The notes: generated by a model from the letters alone, not told the origin. Shown: positions 36,278 to 46,287, counted from the first letter of the stretch. The stretch is DNA of 64,000 nucleotides from Candidatus Nomurabacteria bacterium (GCA_020631855.1 JACKGU010000002.1:22569-86568); one strand, 5' to 3'. Translations and numbers: made by a program.

Positions 36278-38304
36278 TCAAACTTAATATAAAAGGCAGA
36301 ATCAGCACAATGTTCCACACCATGTATCAGATGGGGACTTTTGTATTGCTTTTAATTTTGTATATGACCGGTAAGGGCATCTCCCGCCTGGCTAATTGGA
36401 GATTTTTCCCAAAAATAATTAAAAATAGGTTATCAGGTCCATTGGCACTTTTTTATTCCAAAGCGGTTAAGATTCTGGATTTTAAACGGACCGGAACTAT
36501 CTCACGTATTGATTTGATTGAACTTTCAATACGAAATATGAAAGCAAAAAAGACAAGAACTATTGTAACCATAGGCGGAATGATGATAGGTATAGGTACG
36601 ATTGTTTTCCTGGTTTCCATCGGTTACGGGTTACAACAACTCGTAATCACCAGAGTAGCCAGGCTTGAAGAAATGAGACAAGCTGATATAACTCCACAAG
36701 CTGGCGGCAAGGTCAGAATTGATGACAAGACTCTCAATGACTTTAAAGATATTACTGCTGTCGAAATGTCTCTGCCGCTCATAGCTGTTGTCGGTCGGGT
36801 AAATTACCAAAACTCTGTATCTGATATGGCGGTTTACGGTGTTACCACAGACTATCTCAAACAATCAGCCATCAAACCTATTCAGGGAAAAATATTTGAC
36901 AGCAACGAATTAACAGCAGAGCTTCCGGATACATCTGGAAAAGTGGCTGGTGTTTATACTGAAAGTAAGTCCGGTGAACCCGGAGAAAAAATACAGGATG
37001 TCGAATACACAATTGATCAAACAAGTTGGATCCGTGTAAGGGAAGATGCATCTACGAGTGCAAAAGTGTTGGGGTATACCAAACGTGTGGAAGGAAGTTC
37101 TAACGGTGAGGAGGTTTGGGGTGGTAAATATACTTCGGATAACGGAGCGGGTACAGCGGGTGAGTCAGAAACAGGCTCTACAATCGGGAAATGGATAAAA
37201 GCTCCTGTACTCCTCTGGAAGGAGCAAACATGTGACACGGAAACGGAAGGTGACTGCGAAGATGGTAAATATATGGTTCTTAGGGACGAGGACAGCAAAC
37301 AAGCGCAGAAAGAAGGATACTTTGCTGAAATTGGCCTGACAATTAGTGGAGCCAGTATCAAATATACTCAAGTTTTAGGCGAAACTACTGATGTTTCTTC
37401 CGGAAGTGCTCAACCTGTTACTAATACTGCCACCTCTCTTGATTGGGTTGAGATTGCTTCAGAAGCAGGAGTTATTCAGACATCTGATATCAAAACAGTA
37501 GAGTTATCGGACAGTGCCAAGAAACAAGCGGTTGTTAACCGGGCAATGCTGAAAATTCTCGGCATTAATGAAAATGAGGCTGTTGGTAAGAAATTTACGG
37601 CTTCATTTGTCGTTGTCGGTGAACTACTGGCAGATCCGAAAGAAAAAATTGAGTCAGCACCGACTGAATATACCATCGTGGGAGTTACTCCTGAAGAAAA
37701 GACCCCGGTTTTCTATGTTCCCTTCATGGACTTAAGATCTTTGGGAATCAGTAACTATTCTCAAGTCAAGGTTGTAGTTAAAGACCAAACGGATCTTTCA
37801 AAAACCAGAAAGCAGATTGAAGCAATGGGGTATATTACCAGATCGGTAGCTGATACAGTTGCACAAATTAATTCGCTATTTGCGACTGCCAGAACACTTT
37901 TAGCTCTTTTAGGAATGGTGGCTCTGGCTGTAGCGGCTCTGGGGATGTTTAACACGTTAACCGTGTCATTACTTGAAAGAACCAGAGAGGTGGGACTCAT
38001 GAAAGCAATGGGGATGAAATCATCGGAAGTGCAGGAGCTATTCCTTACAGAATCGATGATAATGGGATTCTTTGGCGGAGTCCTGGGGATATTTGTCGGC
38101 TTCCTATTCGGTAAATTAGCAGGACTCTTCCTATCATTCTTCTCAATAGTTAGAGGAGTCGGGTTTGTAGACATCTCCTATTTGCCGTTCCCCTTTGTGC
38201 TTGTCGTAGTGTTTTTATCTCTCTTAGTCGGCATTGCTACCGGAATATATCCAGCCAGGCGTGCAACAAAGATTTCCGCTCTCAACGCTCTTCGGTACGA
38301 ATAA
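36274..38304 (+). CDS. ABC transporter permease, MacB/FtsX family with large extracytoplasmic domain
   Basis: 676 aa; TM1, about 420-aa periplasmic region, three C-terminal TM helices (FtsX-like); start overlaps ATPase stop (ATGA). Confidence 0.7.
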   Translation: MIKLNIKGRISTMFHTMYQMGTFVLLLILYMTGKGISRLANWRFFPKIIKNRLSGPLALFYSKAVKILDFKRTGTISRIDLIELSIRNMKAKKTRTIVTIGGMMIGIGTIVFLVSIGYGLQQLVITRVARLEEMRQADITPQAGGKVRIDDKTLNDFKDITAVEMSLPLIAVVGRVNYQNSVSDMAVYGVTTDYLKQSAIKPIQGKIFDSNELTAELPDTSGKVAGVYTESKSGEPGEKIQDVEYTIDQTSWIRVREDASTSAKVLGYTKRVEGSSNGEEVWGGKYTSDNGAGTAGESETGSTIGKWIKAPVLLWKEQTCDTETEGDCEDGKYMVLRDEDSKQAQKEGYFAEIGLTISGASIKYTQVLGETTDVSSGSAQPVTNTATSLDWVEIASEAGVIQTSDIKTVELSDSAKKQAVVNRAMLKILGINENEAVGKKFTASFVVVGELLADPKEKIESAPTEYTIVGVTPEEKTPVFYVPFMDLRSLGISNYSQVKVVVKDQTDLSKTRKQIEAMGYITRSVADTVAQINSLFATARTLLALLGMVALAVAALGMFNTLTVSLLERTREVGLMKAMGMKSSEVQELFLTESMIMGFFGGVLGIFVGFLFGKLAGLFLSFFSIVRGVGFVDISYLPFPFVLVVVFLSLLVGIATGIYPARRATKISALNALRYE

Positions 38305-38378
38305 TCTCATTCTTTTTGTTATTTTCCATAACTAATAATAACTACTCCTTGTGTGTAATTGTGCTAAAATTGTGATAC

Positions 38379-38690
38379 ATGAGAAAAACCCCAGCGATAG
38401 AATTCTATGAATTTAGTCCGATCGAAGGTATTAGTGATGAAGCCTTACTTAAAGCTGAGAAGAAAGCCCAATATAGCTTTTTCAGGAAGCAAAAAGGGTT
38501 CATCAGGTGTGAAATACTCAAATCTGACAAAAACTGGATTAGTATCAGTTATTGGAATGACGTAGAAGAAGCGAGAAAAGCCTTGGATGAATTCCTAAAT
38601 CATTCCAGCTGTCTGCCTTTTGTACAGATGGTCTCCCCTAGTAGTGAGCGGAGACTATACATGCATCGAGAGTTATCTTCTAAAGTTTAG
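38379..38690 (+). CDS. hypothetical protein
   Basis: 103 aa ORF. Confidence 0.35.
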   Translation: MRKTPAIEFYEFSPIEGISDEALLKAEKKAQYSFFRKQKGFIRCEILKSDKNWISISYWNDVEEARKALDEFLNHSSCLPFVQMVSPSSERRLYMHRELSSKV

Positions 38691-38875
38691 TTTTAAATAT
38701 ATCCCTTCAAATCACCACAAAATAACACAAAGTTTATTGAGAACTATTTTTCCCTTTACTAGACTGTAGATATTAGGAAGTAAAGCCTAACGAAACAATC
38801 GGGGCTGTGACTTTTGAATATACGCATACTCGCGTGTGTTTAGAAGTTACAGCCCTTTTTAGTTACTAAGAAAAA

Positions 38876-39274
38876 ATGAAAACACTTAATCAGAACATCC
38901 ACCCGGCAACTCTCCTTCCCATCGGAGTGATTACTGAAACCACTCAGGGCTCAGCAGTTGATAGTTATCTCTCTGATCGACCAGCTTACGACTCTGGTCT
39001 TATCGACATCGCCATCGGGAACCTCGGCGATCAAACATCCACCAAAGTGAAGATTGAAGAATCAGATGCTTCGGACTTCTCTTCAGGAGTAACTGTGGCT
39101 AAAGGCGGAGAGGAAGTTACCGTTGCGGCAGACACGGGCTACAAGATGCAGATTGAACGAAAGAAAAGATATTTCAGGGCAGTTGTAACTATCACTGCTG
39201 GGTCAACCCCATCTGCTGAAGTATATATCGGAGCATTACTGTGGGACGCGCAAAGACCGTTCCCGATTACTTAA
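38876..39274 (+). CDS. hypothetical phage structural-module protein
   Basis: 132 aa, first gene of same-strand structural block. Confidence 0.4.
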   Translation: MKTLNQNIHPATLLPIGVITETTQGSAVDSYLSDRPAYDSGLIDIAIGNLGDQTSTKVKIEESDASDFSSGVTVAKGGEEVTVAADTGYKMQIERKKRYFRAVVTITAGSTPSAEVYIGALLWDAQRPFPIT

Positions 39275-39282
39275 GGAAAACT

Positions 39283-39609
39283 ATGGAACCAGATCAAAAC
39301 AAACAACCAAAAGCACCAACACAGGATCCAAATCCTGCAGACAAAAAACCTGAAGCTGGTGCATCAGCTCAACCCAATGAAGCTCAAATGTGGGACAAGG
39401 TTGACTCTCTATTCACAGTCGCCCGTAACGCATTTTTTCAGGGCAATTCCACCTTTGTGGAGGTGCTGGATAGCTTAATCGCTACTCTGCAGGACATGAA
39501 GGAGAACGAGGTACGCCCTCTTGGTGGGTTAACTCAGAAAAACAAAATGAAGTTAGAAGACCAGGAACAGCCGGAAAAAGAAGAAGAACCGGCTAATCCG
39601 AACTTATAA
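39283..39609 (+). CDS. hypothetical phage protein (start adjusted to ATG with AAGGA SD)
   Basis: 108 aa; acidic, Pro-rich N-terminus. Confidence 0.4.
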   Translation: MEPDQNKQPKAPTQDPNPADKKPEAGASAQPNEAQMWDKVDSLFTVARNAFFQGNSTFVEVLDSLIATLQDMKENEVRPLGGLTQKNKMKLEDQEQPEKEEEPANPNL

Positions 39610-39613
39610 AACT

Positions 39614-39868
39614 ATGGCAAGCAGTATTGACGAAAAACTTGATCGAGGCCGAGCAGTTTGGGAAATGACTCAAACCGAAGGCTGGCAGATTATAAAAAGC
39701 CTAATCGACCAAGAGCTAGAGATTGAAAGTAAGGATTTATTGGACTGTCCCATAGAGGAAGACCTTGAACATAAACAAATGATCAAGGTCTACCGAAAAG
39801 TCTTGAGTATGGTCGACAGCGTTATTAAAGAGCGAGACGAAACTGCTCAGGATTTACGAAAGGAATGA
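39614..39868 (+). CDS. hypothetical phage protein
   Basis: 84 aa. Confidence 0.35.
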   Translation: MASSIDEKLDRGRAVWEMTQTEGWQIIKSLIDQELEIESKDLLDCPIEEDLEHKQMIKVYRKVLSMVDSVIKERDETAQDLRKE

Positions 39869-39872
39869 ATAT

Positions 39873-40757
39873 ATGGACGAAGAACAACTGAAACAAAAAG
39901 AACAAGAAGAATTACGAGCCCTACTCGATTCACCAGACGAGGAGGATTCTTCTGGTGAAGATAAAAAGAATAAGGATGTCACTCCACCTGCAGACAATCC
40001 CGATGGCAAAGAAACGAAACCGGAAGCCGGCAAAGATGACAAGCCAAACGAAGAAGGCTCTGAGGACGAAAAGAATAAAGACTCTAAAGATAAGGACAAA
40101 GATAAAGATAAAGACAGCAAAGATCGCTGGAACGGCAAAAGCCGTGAAGAGGTAATTAAAGAATACGAAACTTTGGAGAGTCGTGTCGATGCCTTAGAAA
40201 ATAAAGGTCCTGACGAAAAAGACCAATCGGAAGATGGCAAGACCAAAGACAAAGATGAAGAAAACTTAAATCTTCCTTCAGCAGATGAGCTTCAGAAGAT
40301 GACTCCTTCAGACTTTGCCAAATGGGTTATCTCTCGCATTGATGATGGAGTCAAAAAGACTATCGAAACACAGGAAAAGATCCGTGAGTCAGTTCGCAAA
40401 GAAATTGCAGAAGCAAAGAAAGAACATCCTCTACAGGATCCCGACTACCGCAAGATGGTGCAAACCATTATGGATGCAGCCAGTGCTAAAGGCACGACCG
40501 TCACTCTAAAAGAAGCGTGTGTTCAAGTCGATGCTTTCCTCGGCAAGCATAAGGAAAAAGATGAAGCCGAGAATAACGATGGATCTGAAGAATTATCAGA
40601 TGAAGAAAAGAGCCGGCTCAAAAAAGCCAAAGCTCAAGTTGAGAGTGGAGCGGGCGCTCCGACTCAGCCCGACGGCTCGGATGCCGAAACAAAACGCATC
40701 CAGAAAGCCCTCGCCGGAAGCGGGTCAAAAAGCTCCTTAGGAGGGTTAGGAATCTAA
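39873..40757 (+). CDS. putative capsid scaffolding protein
   Basis: 294 aa, highly charged K/D/E-rich with KDKDKDKD run and predicted coiled coils; immediately upstream of capsid-like gene. Confidence 0.5.
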   Translation: MDEEQLKQKEQEELRALLDSPDEEDSSGEDKKNKDVTPPADNPDGKETKPEAGKDDKPNEEGSEDEKNKDSKDKDKDKDKDSKDRWNGKSREEVIKEYETLESRVDALENKGPDEKDQSEDGKTKDKDEENLNLPSADELQKMTPSDFAKWVISRIDDGVKKTIETQEKIRESVRKEIAEAKKEHPLQDPDYRKMVQTIMDAASAKGTTVTLKEACVQVDAFLGKHKEKDEAENNDGSEELSDEEKSRLKKAKAQVESGAGAPTQPDGSDAETKRIQKALAGSGSKSSLGGLGI

Positions 40758-40796
40758 CTCCCTATGTTATTAAAAGAAGGGAGGTGAAAAAAATAT

Positions 40797-41966
40797 ATGC
40801 CAGCATCAGCAACAGGAATCAGAGGTTCAGGTAATTTAGGGGCAACCCAAAAGTATGACGTCGCGGACGTTGTATCGCTATTGGATGTCAACCGATATCC
40901 ATTGATGGCGATACTAACAAACGCTGGTAAAGATCCAGCAACCGGCGAGGGCGAAGCACTCAAAAAGAAAGAATCCACCGACCCAGAATTCAAATGGTTT
41001 GAAGATGAGTTTGGAAAGCGACAGCTAACAGGCTCAAGCACTGTCGATCCGGATGGCGGGAACTTAACTGTCACAGGGCAATCACAGTATCTTCAAGTCG
41101 GTGACATCATCTTGGTGTCTTCACAGAAATGGGTCTTTCAGGTAACCGCAATCGTAGACGCAAACACTGTAACAGTTGGTCCCGAACTCGGTGGAGCAAC
41201 AGGCTCGGCTGCATCAGCAGTCGGAGACGTCTGGCTCATTGGTAATGCCAATGAGGAAGGTGCAGGTCTGCGAGATATCAAATCGACCACCATTGCCGAA
41301 GTGTCCAACTATTGTCAGATCTTCAGAACTCCAGTCGGTATCACAGAAACTGCCCGAAATACTCAAGGATGGGTGAAAGAAAATGACTTTGACTATCAGA
41401 GGCGCAAAAAAGGTATTGAACACTATGTCGATATCGAACGCACATTTATCTTTGGTAAAAAAGGCATTCTTACTTCTGGAACTCACCCCAAGAGGTTCAC
41501 AAGCGGAATTCTAGGAAGGATTGCTACTTACGCCACTGCCAACGTTGACACCGAGTCTGAGTTTGACTCATGGCTCGAAAGTCTCTTTGCACACGGCAAC
41601 ACTGAAAAATATCTCTTTGCTTCAGCTTCGGTCGTTTCGATGATCAATGGCTGGGCAAAAGGAAAACTCCAAGTAGTCAACCCGACCAAGGCCTACGGAC
41701 TCAGAATCGTTACTTACGACTCTCCACACGGCACACTGCACATCATCAAGCATCCGCTCTTAATCGGAACAACCTACGGAAACTACGCCGTTGGGTTGGA
41801 CATGGAAGCTTTGACATACCGCTATCTGACAAATCGTGACACCAAGCTTATGACTAATCGTCAAAACCCTGGTGAAGATAGTCAGGTCGATGAGTACCTA
41901 ACCGAATGTGGACTGCAAATGGAGCAAGAGCAACGCCACGCCATTATGAGTATCGGCGCTCTTTAA
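40797..41966 (+). CDS. putative major capsid protein (HK97-fold-like)
   Basis: 389 aa; strong GGAGGTG SD; position after scaffold; overall resemblance to lambda gpE-like coat proteins (judged from memory). Confidence 0.45.
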   Translation: MPASATGIRGSGNLGATQKYDVADVVSLLDVNRYPLMAILTNAGKDPATGEGEALKKKESTDPEFKWFEDEFGKRQLTGSSTVDPDGGNLTVTGQSQYLQVGDIILVSSQKWVFQVTAIVDANTVTVGPELGGATGSAASAVGDVWLIGNANEEGAGLRDIKSTTIAEVSNYCQIFRTPVGITETARNTQGWVKENDFDYQRRKKGIEHYVDIERTFIFGKKGILTSGTHPKRFTSGILGRIATYATANVDTESEFDSWLESLFAHGNTEKYLFASASVVSMINGWAKGKLQVVNPTKAYGLRIVTYDSPHGTLHIIKHPLLIGTTYGNYAVGLDMEALTYRYLTNRDTKLMTNRQNPGEDSQVDEYLTECGLQMEQEQRHAIMSIGAL

Positions 41967-42127
41967 ACCTAAGCATTACTGAAACCTATGAATAAAAAAG
42001 CAACGCAACGAAAGTCACTACACACTTTCTTACTCAGTGTAGTCGCCTAGGAAGGGGTGAGCGTTATCACCCCTTCAACCCAATCTGGGGTTGTTAATCA
42101 GACAAAAAAGAAAGCGAGGTGAAAAAT

Positions 42128-42736
42128 ATGACTGAAGAAAGAAACACAAAATCCATAGAAGAAATGTCAATGGCAGAACTCTGGAGCGTTGCAAAACTGC
42201 TCGGTGTCTCCAAAGACGGCAAGCGAGATGAACTGATTGCACGCATTAAACAGGCTCAGGAGCAGCAAGGAGATACCCCTCCGGCATCAACACCTCAGCA
42301 ACCAAAAACTGCTAAGGCTCAAGCTCCAAAAGAAACTGTTTATATCTCTCGCTACTACGAACTCAAGTTAGTGATGTCACCTTCCTACTTAAAAGAAGTT
42401 GGTGGCAAAGTGCTCATTATTCGGGGTACTTACATTCAATTCCATGAGGGCGTGTATAAAACCACAAACCCTGAGGAAGTTGAATATCTCGATAATCACT
42501 CAAATTTCGGTAGCGTCTTTAGAAAAGTTGAAACCGCAGACCTAAAGGGCGGTAAGAGTGTTGATCAAATCTACCAAGATAAATTCAAAACTCTAGAAGA
42601 ACGCGAAAAAGAAATTGAGGCTCGAGAAGCAGCACTTCGCAAACGAGAGGTCGAAATGAGTGGTGCAGAAGAAGGGGCTACCCAACCTAAGGCAAAGTCT
42701 GGAATTAGAAGTACGGCAGACCAGCCGAAGTTTTAA
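42128..42736 (+). CDS. phage protein with N-terminal Rho_N/SAP-like motif
   Basis: about 202 aa from ATG with GAGGTGA SD; MAELWSVAKLLGVSKDGKRDELIARI resembles Rho N-terminal helix motif. Confidence 0.4.
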   Translation: MTEERNTKSIEEMSMAELWSVAKLLGVSKDGKRDELIARIKQAQEQQGDTPPASTPQQPKTAKAQAPKETVYISRYYELKLVMSPSYLKEVGGKVLIIRGTYIQFHEGVYKTTNPEEVEYLDNHSNFGSVFRKVETADLKGGKSVDQIYQDKFKTLEEREKEIEAREAALRKREVEMSGAEEGATQPKAKSGIRSTADQPKF

Positions 42737-42748
42737 AAGTAAAGATCT

Positions 42749-43045
42749 ATGGCTATACACAGTCGACCAACCTTTACGACTGCTCAGGTAACCATGACCA
42801 ACCAAGATGATTGGTATCCACTCCCTTCTATCAAAGTTGGTGAAGGTTGCGAAGTCGTTATTAAAAGCAGCGCAGATAACACTGCGCCTGTAAACGTGGC
42901 TCATAACGACGATGACAGTAAGGCTGCTCCTTTTGTTTTGGATAACGCAGGAGACAGCATTTCATTGTGCATCAAAGGGACAGAGCAAATTGTGGTCAGC
43001 TCCGGCGTTGCAGGTCAAGTTGTCGAACTTATAACCGAAAAGTAA
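42749..43045 (+). CDS. hypothetical phage protein
   Basis: 98 aa. Confidence 0.35.
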   Translation: MAIHSRPTFTTAQVTMTNQDDWYPLPSIKVGEGCEVVIKSSADNTAPVNVAHNDDDSKAAPFVLDNAGDSISLCIKGTEQIVVSSGVAGQVVELITEK

Positions 43046-43049
43046 ATCT

Positions 43050-43637
43050 ATGGCTAAATTTAAACCATCACAATCCAGTATTAAAAGAGTGTTTTCGAAA
43101 CTGAGAATCATCGTTAACACTGATGACGGTGAAGAAGATTACGATACAACCTGGTATCCCAATGGTTTTGCTAGTAACCAGATATCAATTGGTCATGATG
43201 GCACGGGTAGCAACGATGCAGGATTGAGATTTTTGCGGCCACTTTTACCAAATAACGTCAAGATCATTAAAGCAGTTCTGAGGGTCAAGTCTGCTGTCAA
43301 CTCCACAAAACGACCCGTCTTCGTCATTAAAGGCATTAAACAACCCAGCACTCTAAGCTTCGACTCAACTCACAGACCTTCTCAGCAACCCAAAACGACA
43401 GCTACTGTTGCGTGGGTACCGGGGGCAGATTGGGCAATTAATACCTGGTATGAAAGCCCTGACATTAAATCAATTATCCAGGAAATTATCGATCAGACGG
43501 AGTTTACCAATAAAGCAATTGGTATAGCGATTGAAGATAATGCCAGCCCTTCCAATAACTATGAAAACATATGGGACTTTAACAGTGGCAACGCGAACGC
43601 ACCACAACTCATATTGACGATCGATGCAAATTTGTAA
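43050..43637 (+). CDS. phage tail-associated protein, single copy of a ~190-aa domain repeated twice in 43913..45577
   Basis: 195 aa; DGEEDYDTTWYPNGF and YESPDIKSIIQEIID motifs shared with downstream gene. Confidence 0.45.
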   Translation: MAKFKPSQSSIKRVFSKLRIIVNTDDGEEDYDTTWYPNGFASNQISIGHDGTGSNDAGLRFLRPLLPNNVKIIKAVLRVKSAVNSTKRPVFVIKGIKQPSTLSFDSTHRPSQQPKTTATVAWVPGADWAINTWYESPDIKSIIQEIIDQTEFTNKAIGIAIEDNASPSNNYENIWDFNSGNANAPQLILTIDANL

Positions 43638-43650
43638 GGAGGTGAAAACT

Positions 43651-43962
43651 ATGCAAGAAAGCGATGTAGCACTACTAGAACAAATCATAAAAGCCATAGT
43701 CGCAAAGCCGGAAAAAGTTGTTATCGAAAGAAAAGTCGACGAAATGGGAGTCCTGTTATCAGTCCGACTAGATGACAAAGACGCGGGTGCCTTAATCGGC
43801 AGAGGCGGTGAAACCATAGCAGCAATCAGAAGAATTATGAAGCTCGTAGGGGTCAAAGCCAACGCACGAATAAACATCAAGTTAGATGTTCCGCGCAGAA
43901 GCAAAAACGACTATGAAAAACCAAGTATTGAAGATCAAAGTAACAATCCAAGAGAACTCTGA
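43651..43962 (+). CDS. KH-domain RNA-binding protein (KhpA/YlqC UPF0109-like)
   Basis: 103 aa from ATG with AAGGAGGTGA SD; VKAIVAKPEKVVIERKVDEMGVLLSVRLDDKDAGALIGRGGETIAAIRRIMKLVG contains GxxG KH signature. Confidence 0.5.
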   Translation: MQESDVALLEQIIKAIVAKPEKVVIERKVDEMGVLLSVRLDDKDAGALIGRGGETIAAIRRIMKLVGVKANARINIKLDVPRRSKNDYEKPSIEDQSNNPREL

Positions 43963-45577
43963 TGACGGCAAAGAAGCTGGGTCTTCGACTTGGAATAAAG
44001 ATGGTAATGCTTCAAACGTTATAACTTTGGGAAACTTCACCGGCGCTCAAACCGGTGCATTGCGATTTCGTGCTATCGATATTCCAAAGTTTTCAAAAGT
44101 TCTCCTAGCCAGGCTTCGTCTTCGCCCTGCAATCACCGATGAGACTGACTTTACAGTTAACCTGAAGATTAAGGGAATTAAAGAACCAGACCCCGCCCCA
44201 TTCAAACCAAACGGCTCAAATCGTCCATCCACTAGAACCAAAACAATCAACGCAGTCGATTGGGACATTATCAGAAAATGGAACGTCCACGAATGGGTTC
44301 AAACACCAAACTTGAATCTAATCGTGGAAGAACTCATTTCTCAAAGTGGCTGGAAGCCAGGTAATTCATTAGCCTTTGTCATTGAGGATGACGGTAGCCC
44401 AGCCGATCAATCAAAAACCTGTTATGACTCCAGCAAAGGTGAAGGTTACCAGGCAGAACTTGAAATTTACTATCTCCCTCAAGGATTGCATGAACAAGTC
44501 ACGATCGGATTAATCCAAGGCAACGATCGGGATGGTGAAGAAGATTATAAAAGCACTTGGTATCCAAATGGTTTTCAGAACAATATGACCACCTTTGGAG
44601 ATGATGGCAGTCTAGATCCAGAGCAATCACCCAACGATGCTGGTTTTATTTTCAGCCCGATTGCAATTCCTAAAAGAGCAGAAATTATTTCAGCAAAGAT
44701 ACTTGTAACCAGTCCTTTCCAAAACAACGGCATGCCAAATGTTTTAATTAAAGGTCTGGCTGAAGATGATGCTGCAGTCTTTGTCTCCAATGGCTCAAAT
44801 CGTCCTTCGCTACGCAATAAGACGAACGCAAAGGTTCAGTGGAACTTAGGACATGCCGAAGCAGGTGTGCTTATAGGAGATCACTGGACTGCAGAAAGTG
44901 CCTACGAATCACCAGAGCTCAAAGATATTATTCAAGAAATTGTTGACCGCCCAGGTTGGGCAGAAAGCAAGCTTGGACTTGTGCTGGAGAACTATAACTC
45001 CGGACACGGAAACACAAAATACATTTGGGACTATAACCAAGATTCAGGTAAATACGCTCCTCGACTACTTATAGCCTGGACAAAAGAACGCAGAGTAACC
45101 GCCAGAGACAAAGACGTGGAGACTTTCAATAAAGCTAACTACCCCGAGTTTATTATTGTCCACCATTCAGCCACTCCTCGGGATAACACCCGCTTTGAAA
45201 CGATTAAGAAGGCTCACATCGGCTTTGGTTGGGATGATATCGGATATCACAAATGGATAGCCGGAGCCCTTGACGGAGATGGTGTGTTGATCTTAGGCCG
45301 ACCAGACAATGTTATCGGTGCTCACTGCGACAGCAACAAAATGAATTACCGCTCATTAGGAGTAGTTTTGTGCGGCAGCTTCCATAACAGTGAAACCCCT
45401 ACCTCCGCCCAACTGACAACTTTGCAGAAAGTTCTAGACGACTTGCGCCAAGAAAGAAGTATTCCAAAAGAAAGAGTTTTCGGTCATGGGGAAGTTCCTG
45501 AATCAGCTACAGATTGTCCAGGCAATGCCATCTTGCCCTATGTCCAGAGATATAGAGCGACCGGAAGTTTGCAATAA
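43913..45577 (+). CDS. tail protein with two paralogous receptor-binding-like domains and C-terminal N-acetylmuramoyl-L-alanine amidase (Amidase_2/PGRP) domain
   Basis: 554 aa from MKNQV (start chosen by homology to 43050 paralog); C-terminal FIIVHHSATPRDN...GWDDIGYHKWI...GAHCDSNKMNYRSLGVVLCG matches Amidase_2. Confidence 0.6.
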   Translation: MKNQVLKIKVTIQENSDDGKEAGSSTWNKDGNASNVITLGNFTGAQTGALRFRAIDIPKFSKVLLARLRLRPAITDETDFTVNLKIKGIKEPDPAPFKPNGSNRPSTRTKTINAVDWDIIRKWNVHEWVQTPNLNLIVEELISQSGWKPGNSLAFVIEDDGSPADQSKTCYDSSKGEGYQAELEIYYLPQGLHEQVTIGLIQGNDRDGEEDYKSTWYPNGFQNNMTTFGDDGSLDPEQSPNDAGFIFSPIAIPKRAEIISAKILVTSPFQNNGMPNVLIKGLAEDDAAVFVSNGSNRPSLRNKTNAKVQWNLGHAEAGVLIGDHWTAESAYESPELKDIIQEIVDRPGWAESKLGLVLENYNSGHGNTKYIWDYNQDSGKYAPRLLIAWTKERRVTARDKDVETFNKANYPEFIIVHHSATPRDNTRFETIKKAHIGFGWDDIGYHKWIAGALDGDGVLILGRPDNVIGAHCDSNKMNYRSLGVVLCGSFHNSETPTSAQLTTLQKVLDDLRQERSIPKERVFGHGEVPESATDCPGNAILPYVQRYRATGSLQ

Positions 45578-45582
45578 AACAT

Positions 45583-46287
45583 ATGCAATTACAAGAATTT
45601 AGACAAGACTTAAACGCCAGAATGACCGCCTCTAAAGTAAGCGGTTTCTGGAAAGATGCTGATAAAGATCGCTGGATTAACAAAGCGATAGTTCGGGCAT
45701 GCAATTTTGCTCGTTTTAAGTTCCTAAGCAAACACGCCAGTCAACTCACAGAACTAAATCCTGATGGCTCAGGTAAAGAATCGTACTTCCTTCCTTTCGA
45801 CTTTAAGCCAGGTGGCATGGTTTTCCTCTCTGTGGATGGCGAGGAGTATCACAAAGCTTCCGAGAACCAATATCTAAGCCGTAAATCAGATAACAAGATA
45901 GCTCCCACTTTTCATCCCTCACTCGACATAGTTCACCCATCTCTTCACACAGACTGGCGATGGCAAAAAATCTACGCCGCAATCGGAGATCAATATTTTA
46001 TAGATCCTCCGGCTGATGTTGCTGGCAAAGTAATCGACCTCTTTTATAAACGCCGCCCAGTCCGACTCGTTGAAGAAACTGATGAACCAATTACTCCAGA
46101 GGAACTTGATGAACCGATTTTGAAACTGGCATTAGCAACCTGTCTAGCAAAAGAGCCAGGGAGAAAAAACGAAGCAGAAAAAGAAGTTATTGAAGCTCAC
46201 GCCTTATTACAACAAACCAAAGATCGCGAGGACGAGGAACCATCGGCCGTCTTCGTGGGGCAGGCAAAAAGCACCCGATGGTCATAA
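45583..46287 (+). CDS. hypothetical phage protein
   Basis: 234 aa. Confidence 0.4.
   Translation: MQLQEFRQDLNARMTASKVSGFWKDADKDRWINKAIVRACNFARFKFLSKHASQLTELNPDGSGKESYFLPFDFKPGGMVFLSVDGEEYHKASENQYLSRKSDNKIAPTFHPSLDIVHPSLHTDWRWQKIYAAIGDQYFIDPPADVAGKVIDLFYKRRPVRLVEETDEPITPEELDEPILKLALATCLAKEPGRKNEAEKEVIEAHALLQQTKDREDEEPSAVFVGQAKSTRWS

Noticed and set aside
40085-40130. Short tandem GATAAAGATAAAGACAAAGAT repeats, checked as a possible CRISPR or satellite
   Set aside because: In-frame KDKDKDKD low-complexity coding repeat of the scaffold-like protein. No spacers, no repeat-spacer periodicity and no cas genes in the window.
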